Source: Botryllus schlosseri
Taxonomy: Eukaryota
Direction of reading: 5' to 3'
Assembly: GCA_051294905.1 (NCBI GenBank)
Contig: CM119371.1
Location: 22,136,001-22,200,000, forward strand
DNA: 64,000 nucleotides
Part shown: positions 12,874 through 24,946 of the stretch, piece after piece
Position numbering within the stretch: the first letter of the stretch is position 1
Layout: each line of letters starts with the position of its first letter
The notes under the pieces: model-generated
The model's input: the letters and a program-made list of their open reading frames with translations, nothing else
Databases searched by the model: none
Told to the model about the DNA's origin: nothing
Translations under genes and position numbers: made by a program

Positions 12874-15800
12874 CAGTGGTTCTCAACCTTGCCTCCAGCG
12901 CCCCCCAAGGGACGCTGACGATTTTGAAGGGGGCGGAAACGCTCAGTGGGCGATATGGGGGGCGCTGGGCTCAGGGGGGGCGATATGGGGGGCGCTGGAG
13001 ATAAATGCCTTCACAGTAGATGATGTGGTAGTAGGACATATCCTTAATGAGTATTCAGAGCGAATTAACACCGAAAACTTCGTTATATATAGCCTGCAAA
13101 AGACATAGGTTTAATTGTCCATAGGCGCCTAAATGACTGGCACCGAATGTTCCTGTCTTGGCAATCTGAACCTCAGAAGACGAATTCCATCTGGCTGGGA
13201 AAAATTATATGCCAGTAAAAAACTAAAAAGAGGTCATAACTTCGGATATGTTGTGCGCAACGTAAATTTTCTGTGCGCAAAGACCGTGTCAGCACTACAC
13301 ACGTGCGCAGCTTACAGGGAACATTGCACCTCACTCAGCTCTACCGGTAAATCTGGTAACGTGAGCAGAGAGGAAAAGAAATTGATAGCAATATATATGC
13401 AATTCCCGATCTTATTGACCGATTTTATCATGAATTATCGAATATTTTCGCGCTTCGCACTGGCTCGCTAAACAGTACAGCTGATTTCGTGACAAAAGCG
13501 AACAACGTGAAGGGGGCGGTCGGTTTATCAACCTATGGGAGGCCAAGACCCAATTTTTTTCGGGGGGCCTGACGAAGTGTCGTTTCGTTCCTGCCAACGG
13601 GTATACGCCCGAAGAAGCATAATCATTATTGAGGGGTCCTACCTTTTCAATCACACATCACTCAGCTCTACCGGTAAATCTGTTTACGCGAGCACAGAGA
13701 CGATAAAAATTTATATCAATATATATGCAATTCCCGATCATATTGACCAATTCAATCAATATTTAGTGAAATTTTTCGCTCAGTAAATGGACACGCAATA
13801 TAGATGACCTGTATCAGCAAATAGCGGATAGCCGATGGAGGGTTTTGTGGCGAAGCCACCCGAAGTGTGGTTTATCACACTATGGGGAGCCAAGAACAAC
13901 GTTTTTTTGAGGGGTGACGAAGTGCTGTTACGGCCCTAGTAACGAATTAATTGTACCTACGGGCACGCCCGAATATGTTTAATTATCAATTACGTGCCCT
14001 TCATTTTCCAATACAACAGCTCACTCAGAGCTACTGTTAAATCTGATTACGTGGGCTGAGAGGATAAAAAGTTTATAGCGACATCATAGGCGCTGAACTC
14101 TGATTTTCCCTAGGTATGCGAGATCGATGATGTCACAAAGGGATGACGTCATAGTGCGCCAGAATTGGCAAATTAGCCGACTCGCAAGCGTTCAATATCA
14201 CCTGGCACTTGTATATGGTGACAAAATTACGATATGATTAGGCAGGCCGCGTAGCCAGCCGGCCGCTTGCTGAATTGATTGAATCCATTTCAAATTTACC
14301 AAGGTGGCATCAGTTTACTATGGTTAAGAACATGCACCAATGCCGATAATACATCGATCGGATCAGCATCCTTGTGAAATATACTCGACACATCACGCTA
14401 CCATAAGATTACCTACGCGTGCGACTGTGTAGTCAATTAGCGAGCTCGCAATCTCCGCAACATATTCGCCAACACACGCGTCGACAATCGGGAGATTTCA
14501 ATCACTCCGCCTCGAGAACAAATGAATACGCATCTTCGGCGACGGCTAATAAGGTTGCAGGAATTATTTTCCCAAATAGAAAGTCTGGTCTGGACTCTAT
14601 TCATTAGTGACTTTGATTTCATAGGAGTTAGAAGTTTCAATATCAAGAGCCTGCAAGACATTTTCTGATCGTTCTGTTTTAGTATTAGCGTTAGTCAAAA
14701 TCAATTACGCCGCTGTCTGTTCACGGTCAGTATGTATTTCAATCAATTCCGTCCATGTTCATTGTTCAATGTCTGAGCCAGTCTGACATCACAATCACAG
14801 AAGAAGCGATAGTTCCGGCCGGCGCATAAGATATCATGTTCCTTCACAGCACGAGATGACAATCGCAACATTTCGCGCATATAGAAATTAATATCTTTAG
14901 TATCAAGTTCTCGGTCTTGTTGCCTCGCGTTGCGTCTTCTGACCACTCGCGTTTGATCAAATATTCAGGCGCATAGCCGAGTTGTTATGGAGCGCGTTCT
15001 ATAATGGAATCCGCATCGATTTCAGGTGGTTCAAACCTTTCTCAACTTTTATAACTCAAGCCTTGACTCGCATCTTCTGATGGTTATTGGTTATGTTCAA
15101 GTATTAGCGGAAATCAAGTACGCATGTACGCACAAGTCACACATTTTTGCGGGCATTCGACGTCAGTAAGTTTCGTGATATCAATCTTTAATCACAACCG
15201 ATAGATATGAGCCAAAGCATGCTAGACCGGAGACGCGATAGTTAGGCCGGCAATGATATATTTCGAACCACGCCGACGCAATTGTGCAGGCCAACGATGT
15301 TATCGTGCGCAGGCCAGTGATGGTATAGTGCGCACCGAGCCTATTGCCGATGCGATTCATCAAACCAGCGCAACTAGACCTGACGGAGACGGGATAAATC
15401 AGGCCTGCGACGATTGCGCGCGGTAATCAATGACCTAATTTCGCAATCATCTCAGCGTCGAGATCGCGTTGCGTTACATTGTGCACAAACGATTCTCGCA
15501 AATTGGAAACGCGCTTCCGGCTATTTGGCCGTTGCCCTGCGCAACACTGATAAAATACGGACAACTGAATTGTAACTGAAGGACGGAGTTTCGTTAAGCG
15601 CCTGAACGTATTGCTGTCGGTTTACTTACGTGTTCAGCAGCACTACGAAACGCTTATTTCTAAATCGATCAATTCACCACCCAGTCAGTAACAGACCAAA
15701 CCGAATTCTGGGTATGCCGCATACCCAAAAAATTCCTAGGTATGCGCGGCATACCTAGCATACCTGAGTTCAGCGCCTATGAGCGACATATATATGTAAT

Positions 15801-16102
15801 TACCACCTATTCATTCATGCATTATAGAAAATTTTGGGACCTAGGGCGACCAGGTCACACAAACGTTGCTGACCATCGAAATCACGCTACGGGGTTCTTG
15901 GGTGCGAAGCCCTCAGAAGTTTGGTTTATCACGCTATGGGTGCGCAAGGCAATCGTTTTTAGGGGGGTTGACGAAGTGCTGTTACGGCCCTCCCTCTTGC
16001 TCATTGTCTTTATTACATTCCTTACAATATGAGGTTGGGGGGCGCTGGAGCACGATAATCATTGAAATGGGGCGCTGGAGGAAAAAAGGTTAAGAACCAC
16101 TG
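12874..16102. mobile_element. hAT Charlie/Buster-like non-autonomous element (family F) containing family D
   Basis: 17-bp TIR CAGTGGTTCT(C/T)AACCTT. Perfect TSD ATTTAACA with central TA. Three diverged internal units of about 350 bp start near 13332, 13660 and 14022. Confidence 0.93.
14085..15781. mobile_element. hAT-like non-autonomous element (family D) nested in family F
   Basis: Perfect 16-bp TIR CATAGGCGCTGAACTC. Perfect TSD AGCGACAT (14077-14084, 15782-15789). Confidence 0.93.
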
Positions 16103-16854
16103 ATTTAACACATGTATTGCGAGCAGTTCGGTTATGAATTATATTAGCAGTCAGTGATTTGTAACGATATCATGTGGAAATCGTAATATTTGAGAGTACA
16201 AAATTTCAAATCTTTGTCCAGTGAACACAGTCATAGGCAATTTTCTATCTTATTTTTGACGAGTCTGCACACACTCACCCACTGACTGCGCAGACCCTTG
16301 GACAATAGTGCGTAAGACTAACAAGAAGGTCATCACTTCGCATTTTTTTGTGCGCAACCTACATTTTCTGTGCGCAGAGACCATGTCGGCACTGTGCATT
16401 TGCGTACGTGCGCAGCTTAGAGGGAACATTAGTCATAGGCCTACTCCTCGCCAAAAAGCAACGGTAAAACTGCATAATCAATAGAAACGTTACTATATTT
16501 GAAACTATAGGCTGAGTGGTGGTTATTATTATGCTGTTAGGTAGTGATGTCTGAAGTATATTCAGCACGCCAACGATTCTCACAATCACACGACCACATA
16601 TACATCGAATATCTATTTACTATGTGTGGATAATTTGTCACGTAGAGGTCGACGAGCAAAGCTGCTGCTTGTGAAGTGATAATGAGCAACGGCGCTTGAA
16701 AAGCCGACCTGCCACTAAGAAAATGGTATAATATCGCACTCTTCCTTGTCCACTGTTCAGTTTCAGTCAATAGTCATTTTACAAATAAAAAGTAATCGTT
16801 CTTTAACCAAGAAATCGATTGGATATGTGAAATAATCGATTACGATTTCGATTA

Positions 16855-17779
16855 CCGTAATTTTTCAAGAATAATACGGCCCCTTGTATAATACGCACCC
16901 TTAAAATGGCATGCAAATTCTGGGGAAAAGCCTGTACCCATGTACAGTACGTACCCTGCATTCGCAGTACATGAATAGCTGTGTTTTAGGACGCGATGTT
17001 GTTCTGTTTAGCGATGTCACTGTCGAACAATCATGACATAGCTATCGCTAATCATTATGCAATCAGCGGCATTGTCTCTAAACGATAGCACAGAGCAGCC
17101 AAAGCCTGCGAGGCTGGCGACGCGATAGTTCGGGCCAGCGACACGACGTCTTGAGCACGAGGCCCATTACAGATGCGATTGCTAATCATTATACAATTAA
17201 CGGCATTGTCTCTAAACCAAAGTAGATAGCAGCAAAGCCTGCGAGACCGGTGACGCGATAGTTTAGGCCAGCGACACGGCATCTTGCGCACGAGGCCTAT
17301 TATAGATGCAATTGCCCAGGCCAACGGTTATGTCGTGAGCACCAGGTCTTTTAGAGATGCGACTGATTACGAAAGCGATTATATCTTGCGCGCATGGCCT
17401 GTTGTATATGAGATTGTTCAGGCCTGTCTTTGATTGACGCAATGAATTAGCGAGGGTTGCCGCTTGCACGTGCTCGATGACCTAATTTCGCTCGCGCACA
17501 CGGCAAACCAACTCAGCAGAAGACCGCGTGCTGTGCTGCTCGTTAATTGGTAACACGCTTCTTGCAGATTAGCAGCGCGTAAAACTGATAAAACGAATTA
17601 CTGGGCACGATGGCTGGGAGTGATGCGTGATTGGAAACAAACATGAAGAAAGGTGTGATTTCAAGTTTTCTTATCGAGGGAGTTTTTTTCAAGCGTGTTG
17701 TTCTCATGTATACTACGCTCCCCCGATATTAGGGCAAAAAACCGTGAGAATTTTGCGCATTATACATAGAAAATTATGG
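16855..17779 (+). mobile_element. Family A copy 3 (Tc2/pogo-like)
   Basis: TA|CCGTAATTTTTC ... GAAAATTATGG|TA. Internal tandem duplication of about 130 bp near 17047-17310. Confidence 0.9.
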
Positions 17780-18254
17780 TATATAACATATATGCAAGGT
17801 TGTGGGCGACAACACTAACGGAATCAGTTGTTATGGAAAATATATTGACGGTTTAATTTGAAACTCTCGAGTACAATGATGGTACAAGTTTATCAATTTG
17901 GCTAAAAAGTTTTAAAGGTATCTCACTCTTAAAAGAGAGTCTCGGACTTCTACACGTTGAGTCATGATACAATGCCTAGCTCGAAATATTTTGTCGTAAT
18001 AAACCCTATTTAGCATGACGGAAGTGTCTTCAAGGACTATCTGTGACCTGAAAGAAGGCGCATGGTGTACGTAAACTTCATTTTACACAAATTATATCAA
18101 CAGCTACTGCAACGGGAATTCAGGGATATATAATATAATCATTCAAATCATTGTTCTAAAATTGAATCATATGTACCAGGAAAACTACTACATCATCTAC
18201 TGCGACACTATTTTTCTTCAGCGTCACCCATACCCACTTCATAATCGAAATCAG

Positions 18255-18292
18255 ACATTGGGGGACGCTGGAGCCAAGGCTACGAACTACTG
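18255..18292 (-). mobile_element. Isolated terminus related to family F
   Basis: Reverse complement CAGTAGTTCGTAGCCTTGGCTCCAGCGTCCCCCAA resembles CAGTGGTTCTCAACCTTGCCTCCAGCGCCCCCCAA at 12874. Confidence 0.55.
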
Positions 18293-18376
18293 ACCTAGGC
18301 TATAACTACTTCAATTGCGGTCAATTTATTTGTGACGTACCATCAGACCGAGTAATCGTTCCTGGTTGCTTATACA

Positions 18377-19758
18377 CAGGGTTGCCATACCGTCCTTATT
18401 TCTAAGATTTGTCCTTATTTTGAAGGGCCACGTCTTAGAAAACTCGACTGTCCTTATTTCTAAGAAATGTCCTTATTTTCGACTTGCGTCCTAGTTTTGT
18501 CTTATTTTCAACCGCTACAAAATTTCGATCGTTTTCCTCTGGTATCTATGTTGCATGTTGCATAATATTCTAAAATTAAGCTTATTCGTCGAGATTTTAT
18601 GACATCATAAATGAAAGGAACTCTCGTGACGCACACACCACAAGATTTGACTTCTAAGAGATAGCTAGGGCAGTGAGTGGGGGTACAGCAGTTTCGCCTG
18701 TACCAAACTACCGCAGCGGACGTCATTTTAGCAGTAAACAGCAATGCCAGGTTACTACTGTTTGGTCCACAGCAGAATAAGCTCAAGCTGTGGGTAAAGC
18801 CGCATTTGTTGCGTAGTGAAAAAAGGCGCAGTGCAGTCGACACATTGGTTAAAAAGTAGTAAAGCTATAAATCATTGATAAATTTCTCTAAATTATATTG
18901 CACTTGCGCATATAGTTTTAGCTACAAAGAAGACTAAATCTGATTAGTGAAATAAACACGCGTAAAAACGTTTTTCGTGTCGATTATGAGTAAGAATTCA
19001 ACGGTATCTAACGAAGATTGAAGGGCAAGTGTTTCGCACATAGCAATATCTGCAATTGTGACATTAACCTGGAGGCCATAGGAGAGACCGCTACTTCAAC
19101 TTACATTGATACCCCAAAACACAAGAAGTGTGTCATGATGATTAATTTGAGCCAGTCAATGAATAATTTTTCCACAAGTCGATCAGCAATAACGACCTCA
19201 GACTACAAGGCAGCAGCTGCAGAGGGTACCTAGGCATTCTATACTGTCAAACACCAGCAATCATTCCTCACCAACGATTACACATCGCAATTGTTCAAAG
19301 CAATATTCTCCGATTCCAACATTGCAAATAAGTTTACTTCGGCCAGGACCAAGACGACAAGCATTGTTACTGAAGTTGTTGCTCCATATGCTCAAAAATG
19401 ATTTGTCTAAACTTGGTGTGCGGTTTTTTTCCATCTTGGTTGACGCCTCGTCTTAACGAGGTGACGAAATTTGGTTTATCACCCCCCAGGGGCAACACCA
19501 ACGTTATTTTTGGGGGGGGGGCTGACGAAGTGCTGTTTCGGCCCTAAATAAAGGTAAACCTAGAACTAAGCTGTCGAGAGATCCATGAAGCACTTTCTAA
19601 TAACAGGGAGTTACTGGAGCAGATTGTTTCTGGTGAAAAGTATGGAATGTGATATGCCACGGCTCGTATAAATACAGTATATGTACAAAAACGCTTTTTC
19701 ATGCTAATTCAATTTTTCGACTGTCCTTATTTTTTGGTCCATGTCGATGGCAACCCTG
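18377..19758 (+). mobile_element. hAT Blackjack-like deletion derivative (family G)
   Basis: 12-bp TIR CAGGGTTGCCAT. Perfect TSD CTTATACA. GTCCTTATTT subterminal repeats. Contains a transposase remnant. Confidence 0.92.
18990..19450 (+). pseudogene. hAT transposase N-terminal remnant
   Basis: Reads NICNCDINLEAIGETATSTYIDTPKHKK (BED-like), then AAAEGT*AFYTVKHQQSFLTNDYTSQLFKAIFSDSNIANKFTSARTKTTSIV, then after a frameshift FFSILVDAS (first catalytic Asp context). Contains stops. Confidence 0.8.
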
Positions 19759-20004
19759 CTTATACAGCTCATATCAGCGTGTCGAAAACATGTTAGTAGA
19801 GCCACAGGCGTTGACTTAAATTTTTTTACGAGGTGGCGAAGTCTTGCGATGTCACAATTGTTCGATATCGACGACATCATCGGCACACAAAAACGCACTT
19901 TACTGCATGTCGCTGGTGTACGTGCAGCATTACCATAGCCTACGTGTGACGTTTTATTACCTGCCCTCCACTCATTAATATCAAACCATGCAGTCGAGTT
20001 ATTA

Positions 20005-20844
20005 CCGTAATTTTCCATGTATATTGCGCAAAATTTTACCGATTTTTTGCCCTAAAATAGGGGGTGCGTATTATACATGGGTACAGAAAGCCTTGAAAAA
20101 AAAATCCCTCGATCAAAAACTTGAAATCAACCTTTCTTCATGTTTGTATAAATCGCGCATCACCTCTAGCCATTGGGCCCCGTAATTCGTGTTATAGAGT
20201 GTAACGCGCTGCCAAATATAAAAGCTGTTGCCAATGAATGAAAAGCGTGTTTCTAATTAACGAGAGTCGTCTGCAAAGCACGCGATCTATATCAAGCTGT
20301 GTTGGTTTGCCGTTTGTACGCGAGCGAAATTAGGTCGCTGATTGCTACAAGCGTGCGCGGCAATCCTTGTTGATTCATCGTGTCAACGACAGGCCTTAAC
20401 AGTCGCATACACAAGTGGCCATGTGCGTAAGCTATAATCGCTTGCATAATCAGTCGCATCTCCAACAGGACTGGTGCGCCGACATAACCGTTGGCCTGAG
20501 CAATCGCTTCTGTAATTGTAATAGGCCACGTGCGCAAGATGTCGTGTGTCACTAGCCTGGGCTATCGCGTCGCCGACCTCAACAGACTTTGGCTACTATC
20601 TGCTCTCGTTTAGAGACAATGCCGTTAATTGTATTATGATTAGCAATCATCATGTCATGATTGTTCGACAGTGACATCGCAAAACAGAACAACATCGAAT
20701 ACTAAACCGCAACTATTCATGTACTCATGTACTGCGAATGCAGGGTGCGTACTATCCATGGGCACAGGCTTTTTCCCAGAATATACACATCATTTTAAGG
20801 GTGCGTATTATACATGGGGGCGCACTATATTCGGAAAATTACGG
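20005..20844 (-). mobile_element. Family A copy 4 (Tc2/pogo-like), inverted orientation, intact ends
   Basis: TA|CCGTAATTTTCC ... GGAAAATTACGG|TA. Body is the reverse complement of 16855-17779. Confidence 0.92.
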
Positions 20845-21249
20845 TAAATGGAGTCTTGAAACGGTACGATCATTCGAAAGTGTAACTGCGGCCTGCGCTA
20901 CCAGTCCGTCCGACGGAATGCGTCGAACAAAAATCAGAATTTACTTCACTGAGGATCGGCAGTTACATCAATGTTATTCACGCGCAATGCGTCGTGAGTG
21001 ACCGGTGTGAGTAACGAAATACACGCTGGCCTTGTAAGTAACACACAACTCTCGAATACTTCAAGCAGACAATAATGATGATTACAAACGTGAAATCGCG
21101 CAGCCAATCAGTAATTATCTCTTGCGGTATCTTGCTTCGCGTTGACCAACTCGCATCGCGGCAATTGTTTGCTGATTAAAACAGCGATTTTGGCGACATT
21201 GGTGCATTTCCCGATTCACGTTCGCGAAGCATTTCGGGAGTACATAGGT

Positions 21250-21616
21250 CAATTCATAAATTCAATGTACATGTCAACAGCCGCCGACATAGTGTGAACT
21301 GGGCCTATTGCAGATGCGATAGTTCAAGCCTGCGGAACCAGGCTTGTTGTTCAAGACGCGATAAATCAGGCTAGCGACGATTGCCCCGAGCACGGGAATG
21401 AATGACCTAATTTCGCGACCATCTGAGCGGGAGATCATCGCAGACTTCTCGCTAAATGACAACATGTTTCACGCAAATCAGCCGTGCGGAACACTGATAA
21501 CACAATTATTGAATGGCGACTGAATATTAGAATTAGAATGATCATTTCAAAATGACGGGGTTTCGCATTTCAAATAGGGAAGTTCGACCCCCGAAACCCC
21601 CGTGGCTACGCGCCTG
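21250..21616. mobile_element. One-ended family E-like fragment
   Basis: Ends TTCGACCCCCGAAACCCCCGTGGCTACGCGCCTG, resembling the termini of 2766-4090. Left boundary is approximate. Confidence 0.65.
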
Positions 21617-21745
21617 GCACACGCAGGTATCAAAATCGAAGACGTCTCTGACGAGGTTGCATCGATTCGCCTAATTACTAATTACTGGTCACAAATCACT
21701 CCGGCGTTTGAGCATTTTGTACGAGGTTGTGCGCCACCTCGTAAC

Positions 21746-22260
21746 TAGGGCTGGGCACAATGATTCGAGTACTCGAATCTGAATCGAGTAGTAATTTTAA
21801 TGATTCGAGTCGAGTAGTGAAAGACGATTTTTCGAGTACTGAAATTATACGCTTCTCGCCACTGAAAGTTAATTTATCAACAAGAATTATAGTTTCGATG
21901 CTAATATTCGCTGTTGAAGCCTTGAAACCCTGATTAGCCGTATCGTAGCATGCGAAATATATAGTGCAAAGCTATGAACGTTGATGGAAATAGCACATTT
22001 CCGAAGTCATGATCATCCCACAACATTGTCACCAAGTGCAATGAAATCGGTATGGTCGAAAAAATACCAAAGTATCTTTAATGTGATGGATAACAGGCAC
22101 TATATTCTTTGTGATCGCATGAAAGGTACATATTTGAACTTTGACATATAATATTATGGTATGCTTCATAATGAGTGATACTCGATTACTCGACTCGACT
22201 CGAAGCATATTACGTGATTCAGAATCGAATCACTCAGGTACTCGATTTTGCCCAGCCCTA
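21746..22260. mobile_element. hAT (Ac-like) MITE with TCGAGT/GATTCG repeats
   Basis: TIR TAGGGCTGGGCA(C/A)AAT. Perfect TSD CTCGTAAC. Confidence 0.93.
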
Positions 22261-23782
22261 CTCGTAACCTTGTAAGTCGGCGCCTATGCGTAGAGCTACA
22301 CTGACTTAGTCGACAACAATTACTTGATGACTTCAATTTGACTCAAAAATTTGGCTTGAAGTCACGAGTCCAGTCAAGTCACATAAAAAAGGTAATGTGA
22401 TGTGAATAAGAGAAAGACTTCTGCATTTGCTGATGTAAACCTGTGTGTGTGTCATATCAGTCAAGCTTTGCGTAATCGTTCTGAATGTAAACGCAAAAAC
22501 TTTCCAACCAATTACTCGCCTAAGTCAGAGTTACCAAGGAATAGGTTTAATGAATTCTGACAACAAGAACGACAGCTTCAATATCTCATAAATAAGCATG
22601 TGTGACAAATATTCGACATCGTGGAAAACCCAAGTTCTCGAAGACAGTTTAAATAACGAGCATCGTGATAGATGCAAAACCTGTACCAGATGGGTTGGAG
22701 AATCGGATACTACTAGCCATTTCTGTTTGCTTTCTAAAGAGATATGGCATAAATTTATTAAAATTGGTCTGGCGCAAAGCTACTATAGCACTGATTTCGA
22801 AATGATAAATTATAATCTGACAGGGCACTGAAACTACCCCAAAATGGCCCTTGAAGTCGGAAACCGCCGAGATAATTGCAGATACAGCGCTTACACTGCT
22901 CTTGCAGCAATATTGGTTGCTGATCGACCTTTCTTGGGCCTTGTGAACAAAAGTCACTCATGATGAAAAAAATTTGCTCTGGTATAAACACACCTCACCG
23001 CTCACTTCACTAGAGCTAATATGATATGGTTATTGTCACCGCCGCTATCTAGTAAGCTCTTATTCAATACCATTATTCCAATACATTAAAAAAAAGGTTA
23101 TATCACTTATCATTACTGGAAAAATGTTTAATGCTGTGAATAGATTCTGCGTGAAATTAGAGTGATTTTTTCCGTGCCGATGTTGCCATAACAGTAAATT
23201 GTTCGCTCATGACATGAAAACATGTAGATGTACTTGACAAAGATGTAGATGTACTTGACAAAGATGTTGGAGAGCAATTTCGCTGTAGTTAAATGGAAGC
23301 TCGTTGAATGCTGCGAGTTTGCTACACAATGTGCATTCAACCAAGATGATTTTGCATGCTACAGTTGCCAGAAAAGTAAAATGATCAACACATATATGCA
23401 TACCAGTACCTTTTCCATAATAATTCAATTGACCCCTCGATAAAAGATTGGATTTTTATATGGTATGGAAAAGTAACATGGCTAAATTCCTGAAAATTTG
23501 CATATTTAGGGTACATGTCATAGAGCAAAAACTTGACATGATAGAAGAAAACCGCCAGCATTTTTGGAATCAGCACGTCAAAATTAGCCTGAATCAAGTG
23601 CAAAAGCAAGTCAAAAAATTTTTCGTTCAAAGTTGTTGCCTAGTGTTATGAACGAAATATCCGAACGACAGCAAAACGCTCAAATATTGCTAAGAATCAC
23701 ACTGAATCATGTCAGCGGCAATGGAAAATGCCCATACATCCTGCTAAATCACGGACTAGGCCTGTATATCGATACATTAGGG

Positions 23783-24586
23783 CAGGTGTGGCCAACCTTT
23801 TTGCCATTCACGGCCACATTTCGACTACTGATATAGCCTACGGCCGCATTCCAGGGCAAGGTCGTAACGAACTAGCTGGACGCCAAATACCCATGTTAAA
23901 GTGTCTGTGGCCATTTCCGGTGAACTCCGGACTAAGCTATCTAATTCATATAGGCTTACTATACACACTCAAGTCGCGCGTGGTGACTGCGTGGCTATGT
24001 TACGAGACTATGCATAGTCGCTCGAGGCGCGAAAATATTTTCAGCTTCACTACTGAATTTCGTCATTAATATTAGTAGTTTTATTAATTACTATCAAGCA
24101 TTTATCATTTCTTTACACATGTGATCATAGTCACTGGTGAAGTTGGGTGAGGGGGTGTTTTCTAGAATTTATGGCAAGTTATAAATGGAGATGCGTCTTC
24201 AGGTCTACGGGTGGGCCAATTGTTATTAGCCACTTTGTTGCATGCCGTTATTTCGTGACCTTCCATCCAAATTGTTGATATAGTGAGGAGCACACGATTG
24301 CGAGTTTATAGGCTATTTCAATATGGGGCGCATCATTTTCCTCTGCTGTTCGAACCTTACTGTGGGCGCTGATTGGAAAGAGCGCTACAATATATTACCA
24401 ATATCGAGGTTAAATTGAATCATGCGCAGCGCAAACAAAATTTCAAGATCAGTTAGAATCTCTCAAGAAATCGGGAGTCAATCCGTAAATTAAAATTGCA
24501 TGTCGACGGCCGCCAACACATACTAATTGAATTTCGCGTCCACGGCCGCACAAATTCCTTCTACGGCCGCAGGTTGGCCACCCCTG
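23783..24586. mobile_element. hAT Charlie/Buster-like MITE
   Basis: TIR CAGG(T/G)GTGGCCAACCT. Perfect TSD CATTAGGG with central TA. CGGCCG subterminal motifs. Confidence 0.92.
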
Positions 24587-24946
24587 CATTAGGGAATCTG
24601 CTGATTCCCATCGAAAACTTTGGTGCAGGGATGATCTATCGCCTAATCGTTGGATTAAAATTTAATGTCAGTGTATTTCCAAGGTCTGTAACACATTTTC
24701 GTTTATTTATCAATCACACAAATCAACAGCAACTAGAACTACAACTAACAACCTTTCAATATCCACGACCATAGGCGACAACTTATGAGGTTCCAAAACT
24801 TCATGAAATATATCGATATATCCAGTCTAGCAGTCGCAAGATTATAGTTCTGACTCACTAGTAGGCTACTATATGCTGTGACGTCACATTATTTAACGAT
24901 CTGGATTTTGACGTGTTCATTGGGAGCACTGATCGGCGATGGCCAT

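Noticed and set aside
13255..16432. Two GTGCGCAGCTTA(C/G)AGGGAACATT ends (about 13326 and 16430) as one element
   Set aside because: They are in the same orientation with no partner TIR or TSD. They are only isolated termini of another family.
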